Assembly: GCA_964016885.1 (NCBI GenBank)
Contig: OZ024759.1
Location: 27,156,001 to 27,220,000 of the forward strand
Direction: 5' to 3'
DNA length: 64,000 bases
Source of the DNA: Eledone cirrhosa
Taxonomy: Eukaryota
The translations under genes and the position numbers were made by a program. This document shows positions 1-9,805 of the stretch, piece after piece; the stretch's first letter is position 1, and each line of letters begins with the position of its first letter. Below the pieces are notes generated by a model that made no database searches, was not told the origin of the DNA, and saw nothing but the letters and a program-made list of their open reading frames with translations.

Positions 1-436
1 GAGAGAGTAAAGTTGATTAAATCTACTGCAGTGAATTACTGGTATTTTATTTAATAAAAATTAAAATTTACTATTTGTCTTCGTTTAATTTTCGTTTTTC
101 TTTACATAGTTTCGTTTCGTTAAATGTCTCCAGAATTTGTTTTTACTTTTACCGGATATTGAAGGTGTAAACTTGGTGTTGTCTAGAAACGTGTTAGAAA
201 TATTTTTCTTTTAATTGTGAAGAATTTAACCGCAAAGTAAGTTTTTTTTACTGTTTATTTGTGGCTGGGACAACGTATGGTATGTGTTAATGTAAATGGT
301 GAAGGTTTAAAGATTCTTTTTACAACTGAAAATCAGTTTGTTGTTGCTGCTAATTACTTAACGCATGGAATAGATTAAAAAAATACAGGATTGTTTCTCG
401 GAAGAGAGAAAGAAGAAACAACAAATCACAGAAGCG

Positions 437-620
437 GGTAGCACACACATTTGGGACCACATACAACACAAAAACAGGTAATCCACACATCTGGGACCAC
501 ATACAACACACCAGCAGGTAATACATACATCTAGGACCACATAAGCAGGTAATACACACATCTAGGACCACATACAACACACAAGCAGGTAATACACACA
601 TCTAGGACGACATACAACCA
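437..620. repeat. 40-bp minisatellite (~4.7 units, one shortened); also at 12329-12512, 39667-39850, 51516-51699
   Basis: GGTAATACACACATCTAGGACCACATACAACACACAAGCA repeated in tandem. Confidence 0.85.
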
Positions 621-660
621 AAGGCAGGCGAAAGGGGTGGACAAACGAGCTGCTACTAGA

Positions 661-918
661 TCAAAAGATAACAGTATCGCGAGGAGCACTGGGAAACTTC
701 TCTAATGATTTTTTTAGGCAAGCCAGCACGTCTGCAGCGTTACCTCGGGCGATGGCGAGGCTGAGGAGCTGGAACAACCAAGTGCCCTCACGAGCTTCAC
801 CAGTCACCTTCGTCAGGCTAGCCGCCAGTGAAGATAGGAATCTCGCAGTCAGTATCCCGACTCCTTCAAACGCCACAGGCTGGAAAATGTAGTTGGCCGA
901 CAGATCACAGTATTACTT
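661..918 (-). pseudogene. 3' fragment of a CRE-like non-LTR retrotransposon ORF (C-terminal part of restriction-like endonuclease domain)
   Basis: Minus strand reads K*YCDLSANYIFQPVAFEGVG...FLSSLAASLTKVTGEAREGTWLFQLLSLAIARGNAADVL, matching the KY..L...Y.F.P.A.E..G...TG..RE..WL.QRLS.AI.RGNAA pattern I associate with CRE-clade elements. Confidence 0.75.
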
Positions 919-944
919 AACAGTGATAGATATTCTGTCTAAAG

Positions 945-1010
945 GAGGGGCGTGCAACAGGCGGCCCGCGGGCCACAATCGAGCCCACCTGACCAGTCAG
1001 AGTGGCCCGC
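945..1010 (+). mobile_element. Degenerate hAT (Charlie/SPIN-like) transposon end; also at 12836, 40175, 52023
   Basis: GAGGGGCGTGCAACAGGCGGCCCGCGGGCCACA resembles CAGGGG..GCAAC..GCGGCCCGCGGGCC hAT termini and is preceded by GTCTAAAG, close to the NTCTAGAN target preference. Confidence 0.6.
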
Positions 1011-1064
1011 AATGACTCTTGTAGGCTTATTTAGAATTTTTTCCATACCCGTAATACTTCTGTT

Positions 1065-1432
1065 AGTTGACCTATACTAAAGGACTTCACTGATAGGGTT
1101 ATATGTGTTATAATTTCCCAGTTGACCTATACTAAAGGACTTCACTGATAGGGTTATATGTGTTATAGTTTCCCAGTTGACCTATACTAAAGGGCTTCAC
1201 TGATAGAGTTATATGTGTTATAGTTTCCCAGAGGGCTTCACTGATAGGGTTATATGTGTTATAGTTTCCCAGTTGACCTATACTAAAGGACTTCACTGAT
1301 AGGGTTATATGTGTTATAGTTTCCCAGTTGACCTATACTAAAGGACTTCACTGATAGGGTTATATGTGTTATCGTTTCCCAGTTGACCTATACTAAAGGG
1401 CTTCACTGATAGAGTTATATGTGTTATAGTTT
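1065..1432. repeat. 55-bp minisatellite, 7 units (one truncated)
   Basis: AGTTGACCTATACTAAAGGACTTCACTGATAGGGTTATATGTGTTATAGTTTCCC at 1065, 1120, 1175, etc. Confidence 0.95.
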
Positions 1433-2004
1433 GAAACAAACTACCTGCATCAGTTATTATACTTTTATAACACCGCTATATTACCTACATGAAAGAGGTA
1501 AATATTTATTTCTCTTGTCTTCTTAAATGTATAGAACATTTTTCTTATATATATTCTTAACATAGCTAGGACCGTTTATTATTTACTAGTCTCTACTCCT
1601 AGGACTTTGCTGGTCTCATGTCCCCTCCATCAACACACACTCGGTAGAAAGCTGGTCGTCGGATGTAAAGTGGCCCTGATTACAGGTCTAGTATTGAAGC
1701 CTTTCGGCTTGAGCCTTGCTGATGCCGACACAGTTCCTGTGGTAGTTTTGGTAGCACAGGTGACATTTTATTGTGTTTAGGTACCGGCTAGTGCGGACAC
1801 AGAGAGCACAACCAGGTGGTGAGCTGGCAACGACCAAGTGTAGAGGGCCAGCTTTGAAATTCGAGCGACGGAGTGAACTAGTAAAAGAGGCAGGGTAAGC
1901 AGCATTGGTTCTAACGGTGGGACTAGAACGGAGGTTGGGTGGTGCTGGGGGTGGGCTAACAGCTAACAGTTGTAGGAGTGGTGGGGGTTTGCTAGGATTA
2001 ATTT

Positions 2005-3601
2005 TTACATCTGTCTGTGAACTCTTGAAAAAGCAACATACAATTGTCCAGGGTTAAATACTTGCTCAGGGAGGAACAGACCCACTTTATCATGTATTTG
2101 ACCATGGTTCTTGTTGATTGTCATGGCATATGACAGTCTTAATGGAAACTGGGGTCTTTCCAAAGTAAAAGGGATGTTGGCACCACTGGGGGATAACTTC
2201 AGTCTTGGGATCAAAACACACCTGCCCATGAAAGGACCATAGATATGAGAAGCTTTGATAAAATGTTTATGCAGTTCTACTACTTCTAATCTTGTGCCAT
2301 TACATAATCTGTTCTGGATTGAAATATTCCATAGAAGCATTATTATTGATCCTGCTTATAATTGGAGTTTGTGAGGCGGCATCCCAGAAGGTGTAAGCAA
2401 GTTCATTTAGCTTGAACCAGGCAGCAAGGGTCCCTGCATTTCTACCACAACCTGAGCATTGCCTCTTTGAAAGTAAACTCTGTTTGTTCTCCAGGTGTGT
2501 GGCTAGGCTGTACACTGTATGTGATGCACCATGAAGCTTAAATTCCGAGAGACACGACACTGCTTCTGGCTGAGACACATACCTGCAACAAAGATAGGTT
2601 CTTATTTCATCATGGTTGTGTTGGTTCTGAGCCTCATTAGGTAATGCATTATTCGTTACTTCTATAGATGTACAATCATGCCCCATGTAACATATTTAAA
2701 GAGGTACTTGACACTTTTTACAGAAGCGCAAACTTCAACATTAATATGTGCACAATATTTCTTAAGCAAAAAGGCATTAAATGGCATAACATTCCTGTTA
2801 TCTACTGAATGTCATCCAATTTACACTGCAGTTCCTGTCTTGCACCTCCTGTACTCTGGGTATCCATTTAGGTTCAATAATGTTTCCCTTCTGTAGGTTT
2901 TTGGATAGTTCTTTTTGAAAAATCCATTTTGTATAAATGGGGGAAAAGGGTTTCCAGAACCACATGGCCTGTGGATCATAAACTTTTAAACCTGCTCATG
3001 TAGTACTGGATCATCTTCCAATGCAGGTATTTCTGCTGACACGATTCTGTCAATGTCTTCTCTGTTTCTTATCTTGTCTTCATTTTTTAAGGCTCAGTGT
3101 TATCATCTGTTTAGATAATTCATTAAACCATTATACTCATCCACTCACAATTGGGCTTGATTGTTCCTCAAATATTGAAGCCTGCATCCCTCTACTTTCA
3201 TATAGGCATCCACTAAATACTGCTAAAATAATTTACCTGCCCTATATATCGCACTAAATCCTCCTCTATATGCTATACAGTATATGTAATACTCCTGCAT
3301 TGTCAGTCTATTGCAAACACAGGTCCTACATTCCTCTCCATGGCACTATGCCACCAAAATTCACCATTATCGGTCGGTCATGAGGTCCAAGTGGCATGAA
3401 TTATGTGGTATTTTCTGAGGAGGATGGTCTTTAGGAAAGATGATAATATCTCTTTGTACAGGTGGTGTGCCCTCAATCCCCCACAAAACAACAGCTATCA
3501 TTACTAGTTGGTAAATTAGAGCAGCTCATCTGATCCTCTTCTAAATCTTAATTCACAGTTCTGTACACGACAATTTTCTCTTCTTGCACTTTGCTGTTTG
3601 A
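2005..3601 (-). pseudogene. Helitron Rep-helicase pseudogene, 3' part (Rep remnants + PIF1-type helicase C-terminus)
   Basis: Motifs across frameshifts and stops: GKLF*QYLVDAYMKVE, DIDRIVSAEIP, MIHRPCG, GYPEYRR, AHINVEVCASVKSVKYLFKY..GHD, DEIRTYLCCRYVS, TLAAWFKLN, PSGMPPHKL, LCNGTRL, QFPLRLSYAMTINK..GQ, GQLYVAFSRV. Confidence 0.93.
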
Positions 3602-3618
3602 GATGAAACAAGATAGCA

Positions 3619-3962
3619 ATGTCCATAACATTACATGTCAGAATTATTAGCCACAGGGGCAGAGATGTCCATAACATTACATGTCAGAATTATTAGCCAC
3701 CGGGGCAGAGATGTCCATAACATTACATGTCAGAATTATTAGCCACAGGGGCAGAGATGTCCATAACATTACATGACAGAATTATTAGCCACAGGGGCAG
3801 AGATGACCATAACATTACATGACAGATTTATTAGCCACAGGTGCAGAGATGACCATAACATTACATGACAGAATTATTAACCACAGGGGCAGAGATGACC
3901 ATAACATTACATGACAATTATTAGCCCCAGGGGCAGATATGTCCATAACATTACATGACAGA
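3619..3962 (+). repeat. 46-bp minisatellite (~7.5 units)
   Basis: CAGAATTATTAGCCACAGGGGCAGAGATGTCCATAACATTACATGW at 3639, 3685, etc. Confidence 0.95.
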
Positions 3963-4609
3963 GTTTCATCTCGCGCTCTCTCTCTCTCGTTTCATCTCGC
4001 TCTCTCTCTCTCTCGTTTCATCTCTGTCTTCCTCTCTCTCATTTCATCTCTGTCTTCCTCTCTCTCGTTCCATCTCTCTCTTCCTCTCTCTCGTTCCATC
4101 TCTCTCTTCCTCTCTCTCGTTTCATCACTCTCTCTCGTTTCATCTCTATTTCTCTCTCTCGTTTCATCTGTCTCTCTCTCTGTCGTTTCATCTCCCTCTA
4201 TCTCTCTCTCGCTCTCTCATTTCATCTCTCTCTCCCTCTCGTTTCATCTCGCTCTCTCTCTCCTGTTTCATCTCGCTCTCTCTCTCCTGTTTCATCTCGC
4301 TCTCTAGTCTCGTTTCCTCTCTCTCTCATTTCATCTCGCTCTCTCTCTCTCATTTCATCTCGCTCTCACTCTCTCTCATTTCATCTCGCTCTCTCTCTCT
4401 CATTTCATCTCGCTCTCACTCTCTCATTTCATCTCGCTCTCACTCTCTCTCATTTCATCTCGCTCTCTCTCTCTCTCTCGTTTCATCTCGCTCTCTCTCT
4501 CTCATTTCATGTCGCTCTCACTCTCTCTCATTTCATCTCGCACTCACTCTCTCATTTCATCTCGCTCTCTCTCTCTCTCGTTTCATCTCGCTCTCTCTGT
4601 CTCATTTCA

Positions 4610-4654
<45 letters not shown>

Positions 4655-5325
4655 TCATCTCGCTCTCTCTCTCTCATTTCATCTCACTCTCTCTCTCTCT
4701 CGTTTCATCTCGCTCTCACTCTCTCATTTCATCTCGCTCTCTCTCTCTCGTTCCATCTTGCTCTCTCTCTCTCTTCCTCTCTCTCTTGTTTCAACACTCT
4801 AATCCCTCACTTGTTTCATCTCTCTCTAATCCCTCACTTGTTTCATCTCTCTCTTGTTTCAATTCGTTCTCTCTCTCTCTCTCTCTCTTTCTCTCCCCTC
4901 TCTCTTTCTCTCCCCTCTCTCTCTTGTTTCATCCCTCACCCTCTTGTTTCATCCCCCCTCTCCCTCTTCCTCTCTCTCTTTTTCCTCTCTCTCTCTTCCT
5001 CTCTCTCTCTCTTTCTCTCTCTCTCTTCCTCTCTCTCTCTCTTCCTCTCTCTCTCTCTCTTCCTCTCTCTCTCTCTTTCACACTCTATCTCCGACTCGTT
5101 TCATCACTCTCTCCCCTCTCTCCCCTCACCCTCTTGTTTCAACTCTCTCTTCGTTTCAACTCTCTCTCCTCTCGTTTCAACTCTCTCTCTCTCTCTCCTC
5201 TCGTTACAACTCTCTCTCTCTCTCCTCTCGTTTCAACTCTCTCTCTCTTTTCTCGTTTCAACTCTCTCCTCTCTTGTTTCAACTCTCTCACCTCTCGTTT
5301 CAATTCTTTCTCTCTGTGTCTCCAA
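3963..5325 (+). repeat. CT-rich compound microsatellite, (CT)n punctuated by CGTTTCATCTCG
   Basis: Repeated GTTTCATCTCGCTCTCTCT..., the motif CAACACTCTAATCCCTCACTTGTTTCATC near 4792, and a GTTTCAACTCTC variant tail. Confidence 0.95.
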
Positions 5326-5520
5326 TGTGTAATAAACCGTGACTCATATATATATACCGAAGTATGTACATAAACACATACATACACGCATGTGTATATA
5401 TATATACATACATGTGTCTCTCTCTCTCTCCCTATATATATGTATATATGTATAAATATGTACATACATATTAGTGTATATATATTGCTATCTATATGCA
5501 TATTTGTATAATTATACTGT

Positions 5521-5692
5521 ATGGTGAATTGGCAGTATCGGTAGAGGGTCTGGCGCCATGCTTTCCAGCATAGTTACGTCCCTTTACGATCCGAGGTTAA
5601 CTTTGCCTTTCATCCTTAAGGGGTCGATAAAATAAAGTACCAGTAATGTACTGGTTAATTGCTGGCCTTGTGCCTAAAGTAGAAACAATTAT
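5521..5692 (+). mobile_element. tRNA-derived SINE (octopus-like family); copies at 31853-32026 and 44734-44905
   Basis: TGGTGAATTGGCAGTATCGGTAG head, GAGGTTAACTTTGCCTTTCATCC...GGGGTCGATAAAATAAAGTACCAGT body, GGCCTTGTGCCTAAAGTAGAAACAATTATT tail; family recognised from memory. Confidence 0.75.
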
Positions 5693-6250
5693 TAGTTCAA
5701 AGTGAAACCACCATCCTACCTGAAATATTATGTTATCATATTAAATATTTCTTATACTGTCATGTTTTTTCTTTAAAACGATTGCATCTCAATAAAGTGA
5801 AGAAAACTATTATATACTGTTGTTATATCATTATACTTTAGTTTTAACATTTCTATGTGTATAAATATAATGTATGTAAGTGTGTTTGAAAATATATAAT
5901 AATAATATGCATGTTTGAAGCAGGGTTCAACTGAAATATCTATACCAGTAACTTAATTAGTGTTACACCTTAGGCATAAACTATTTGGCATTCTTTGAAG
6001 GAGGTACTAGGTTTTTCGCTTTCTTAAATGGAGTATACACGCGCACACGATGCATATATATAAATTGTTTTTCTCTGTACAAAGAGATTGACATCATTTC
6101 TTAAATCATTATTTAGGGTTTTACAACAAAACATATTGTATGTGTAATTATACAAATTGAATTTAAGTATTTATTTTAAAATTTTACATACACTTTAGTA
6201 GTATCATCATCATCATCATCATCATTTTACGTCCGCTTTTCCCTCATTTG

Positions 6251-7010
6251 TGATGCCATGCATTGTATTGTACACTTCGACATATGGATTATATTCATGC
6301 AACACCTCTCATATCATAGCCATTTTTTGTGGTGAGCAGTCATTATTTGTTGGGACTAGGGCAGTGGATTGGCAGTATCGGTAGAGCGTCAGACACCATG
6401 CTTTGCAGCATAGGGTTATGGCCCTTTACGTTCTGGGTTCAAATCCCTCTAAGGTTGACTTTGTTTTCATCCTTATGAGGTCGATAGAATAAAGTACCAG
6501 TAATTGCTGGCCTTGTGCCAGACAAAATTATTTGGTTGTACTTCCAATCTGTGCTACACACCTTCGTTCCCATCAATAATATATAACTGGCCATATTGTG
6601 GTGTATTTTCTGCAGGTTACAGAGATGGGTGTGTATTGATATGTTTGACCCTGAATATGAAATCTATACGGGCCTCTGCCGGGTGGTAACACCAAATGAA
6701 GTGAAATAAATGTAGTTTTAATTGCAGATGTTTCTGTGAAATCAACTGCTTCCTGGCCTCTTTCAAAGAGATTTCTCAGTCTCTCAGGGTATATTTGCAA
6801 TGGTGGCAACACTACCTTTCCTTTATTACAACAGTTACAATTTTCATTTCTAAATTTCAAAGCTCCACAGTGATCACACGAAACATTCATATCACTAATA
6901 TGAAATTCTTCTACATTTCCATTAATATTAATTGTTGGCCAATTTCTCTTACGACGCTCATTATCCATTCTTCTCTGTCTGAATGTTTTCCATTCTAAGT
7001 CTATTTGCAT
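6251..7010 (-). pseudogene. Helitron Rep-helicase pseudogene, 5' part (zinc-finger-like N-terminus), interrupted by a SINE
   Basis: MNVSCDHCGALKFRNE..CCNKGKVVLPPL, PPGRGPY.FHIQGQTY and YGQLYIID are typical Helitron N-terminal motifs. Confidence 0.9.
6358..6526 (+). mobile_element. tRNA-derived SINE inserted in the Helitron ORF, with degenerate ~16-bp TSD
   Basis: A-box-like TGGCAGTATCGG and B-box-like GGTTCAAATCC; flanked by ATTATTTGTTGGGACT (6342) and ATTATTTGGTTGTACT (6527). Confidence 0.82.
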
Positions 7011-7105
7011 GGAATAATTATATTCTGTTGTTTATTATGTAATTAAATAGCTCTGTACAATACATAGAGCATTCTTCTTTTCTTTACCTTTTCTATGGAA
7101 ATACA

Positions 7106-7114
7106 AGAACAAAC

Positions 7115-7162
<48 letters not shown>
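7106..7162. repeat. (TA)n microsatellite, length-variable among copies (also ~16628, ~36003, ~46330, ~55814)
   Basis: Long ATATAT run. Confidence 0.9.
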
Positions 7163-7168
<6 letters not shown>

Positions 7169-7608
7169 ATATACATAAACAAGACTGTTATTGCTCCAAC
7201 CAGTCTATTTACCTTTGATAACTATCCTAAATATAAATACACCTATACCATACATACACATATCATATATGTTTTTGATGCCGTGGTATAGCAGAGATAA
7301 GCAAGAAGAGAAAAGAAAATGAAAATGAGAAAAAAAAAGAAGTAAGAAGTCGGGGGAGGGACAGACACTTCACTCCTGTCGTCTTTCCTCCCGACTTTAT
7401 GGAGGAAATCAGCAGTACAGGGACCAAGTATGGCAGAGGTCTCAATGGAGTGGAAGAGGTGAGTCAGGCCTTGGTACTATCTTACTATCCTTTGCATTGC
7501 GGGGTGTGGAGCCTAGGTTTGTGGCTGTAGCTATATTTGAACTTTTATATGAAATTTCAGTTTTATATTTTTCACATCTTAAAACTTAATCTTAGTCTTT
7601 TGCAGCTC

Positions 7609-7648
7609 ATCTTGTTTCATCTCGCAGCACACGATTTGGGAACCACTG
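7609..7648 (+). mobile_element. hAT-like transposon end; also at 33990-34029, 36653-36692, 46806-46845
   Basis: GCAGCACACGATTTGGGAACCACTG (rc CAGTGGTTCCCAAA TIR) followed by CTCTAGAG, the NTCTAGAN target consensus of Charlie-type hATs. Confidence 0.65.
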
Positions 7649-7980
7649 CTCTAGAGTTAGAAAAAGTATATTTTATGCAGGGCTTCCCTGAGACATAAAA
7701 ACTATTTCAAGAGATCGACATGGGTAGAAAGGTTGAGAAATGCTGCACAATGTTCTTTGGTTTTTGTTCACCTTTAAATAATCATGTATAAAATATCGGG
7801 TGTGCAAGATTTCATGAAAAGGTATAACATTATTTATGCTGATCTTGCAGGAACTAGCTCCAATTGAGAGTTGTACCAATTCCCACTAAACTCGAAACTC
7901 CTGGACAATATATACATATCTTTATAAGTTCCTGTGTATTGTGTCGTTGTATAATGAAACATAAATATATACCATGCATG

Positions 7981-8228
7981 TCAGTCAGATTTGAACTCAC
8001 TATATTTGGCGTTTTATAGATATAATTTGTTTGTTAAAACAATTGATTAAATAATAACTAAATAAAATTAATTCTACAATCCTGGATAGGGAATGAACTT
8101 ATAACTTCATAATAGAAGCCATCTATTCGAGCAGTATTGCCATCTAAGCCACCAGGTTATTTACAGAACTTCATTCAAATATAAAATATAAAATATATGC
8201 CAGACATAGTGAGTTCGAATCTGACTGA
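7981..8228. repeat. ~250-bp MITE-like segment with ~35-bp imperfect terminal inverted repeats; also at ~34362, ~37026, ~47178
   Basis: TCAGTCAGATTTGAACTCACTAT... pairs with ...ATAGTGAGTTCGAATCTGACTGA. Confidence 0.55.
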
Positions 8229-8345
8229 TTAGTTGGTCATTGTCCCAGCCAACAGTTTAAATCGCCAACCAGTAGGTGACATCGACTAGGTTGGGAAAAC
8301 TTGGTTAAGTAGCTCCAGTTATTGCTACGTTAGACATATTCAAGA

Positions 8346-8452
8346 CTTATCGACACCGAATGGAAGAAAGGTAAAGTTGAACTCAGAGTAAAGAACTGGA
8401 AAAATACTGCAAAGAATTCTATCTGATGTTCTAACAATTCTACCAAATTACC
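8346..8452 (-). mobile_element. Older degenerate SINE fragment of the same family; also at ~34726, ~37389, ~47543
   Basis: Reverse complement reads GGTAATTTGGTAGAATTGTTAG...CTGAGTTCAACTTTACCTTTCTTCCATTCGGTGTCGATAAG. Confidence 0.6.
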
Positions 8453-9065
8453 TTATGTATATATATTTATATCTAGAGATAAGAAGAAAACTGAAAGAAA
8501 GAAAAAAAAAATGAGACCTTATATGTAACCCATGACCGGGATTGAAACCGAAACCAGGACTACCACCATCTCTGGTATCACCCACCAGACCACCATGAAA
8601 GATACAAAAATCTGCTTTTTTAATATTTATAAGCCTACTTTCAATATTAAAGTAATTAACATGTGGTGTTGTTCATGCCTTTCTCTATGTTATTGATAAA
8701 AAATAAAGTATTTAAACCTCAAATTTTGTTATTCAAATATGCTTGCTTATGTAATTATAAATGTCGCAGAATACACACACATATATAGATGTGAAAATAT
8801 TCAGGACCCCAACGGCTGTGCTACTGCCGTTTCGACATCTATATATATATCTTTTAGTCCTAGGCTCTTTCAGCGCAGAAAGAATTCTCCAATGATCACA
8901 ACCAGCTAATGGTGCCCAGTGGAAGCACTTTAGTCTAATTATAACCCCAACGATCACGATTAGCGGCGGCTTTTTCGAGTCTGAGGTTGACTGCCAGATA
9001 TATATATATATATTTTTATACTTTGCTAGAATCCCGGAGAACAACAGAAAGATGCTGAGTTCAGA

Positions 9066-9706
9066 GTTTAAAAAACATGTCCCCTTTAATATAAAAACAA
9101 TCCGAGTCTTGTAAAAGTGTTATTACTGTAATATAAAGTAGAAACCCTTTATTTAAACAAAGCTGCGATGCAGCGATCATCAAAGCAAACCCCAAAATGT
9201 AAACAAACTTCTCGCAGGTGCTGCCAGATACACGATAACATGTGTATACGAAGTGTAACAGGGAGTTGGGTCGTATTATATGACTTTCAAATTGACCCCT
9301 ATTATATTCAAATTATCCCCTGTGGGGCGTGCACCCCACGTTGAGAATCCCTCATAAATAAATATATGTGAGTGTGTTGCTATGACTGCTATTTCTAGCA
9401 GGTTTACTGCAGTCCTGTAGACGCACAACAAAAACCGGAAGTGGCAGCCATTAAAAAACTTTGGCTTAAAATCAGCCAAAAGATTTTCAATAATAGTAAA
9501 ATTTTATTTTTGACAAGGACGATAACTTTTGTCTTACTTAATCGCAAAAATCGAGGCAAAAATTTTGAGGGTGTGCAGTTTACACGCTAAAAATAAACCT
9601 GCTAGAAATAGCAGTCATAGCAACTCACTTACATATATTTATATATCATATATATATATATATATATATATGGACACTTTAGAAATAGCAGCGAATAACA
9701 GAAAGG

Positions 9707-9805
<99 letters not shown>

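Noticed and set aside
1560-1960. Helitron 3' terminus or head-to-tail CTAG|TC junction (CTAG at ~1586, ~1878, ~1923)
   Set aside because: No convincing GC-rich hairpin upstream of any CTAG on the minus strand; the termini remain unidentified.
2005-2340. Functional host PIF1 helicase gene
   Set aside because: Only C-terminal motifs are present, with no Walker A/B, and it is contiguous with decayed Helitron Rep motifs.
4792-4845. CTAATCCC motif as telomeric repeat or homeodomain site cluster
   Set aside because: It is not (TTAGGG)n, occurs only 1-2 times per monomer, and nothing indicates function.
3602-6250. Insert as an intron of the Helitron ORF
   Set aside because: No GT...AG boundaries on the minus strand at the junctions.
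945-7648. A single 6.7-kb hAT element enclosing the Helitron
   Set aside because: The two ends have different TIR sequences, and the flanking 8-mers (GTCTAAAG vs CTCTAGAG) only share the generic target consensus.
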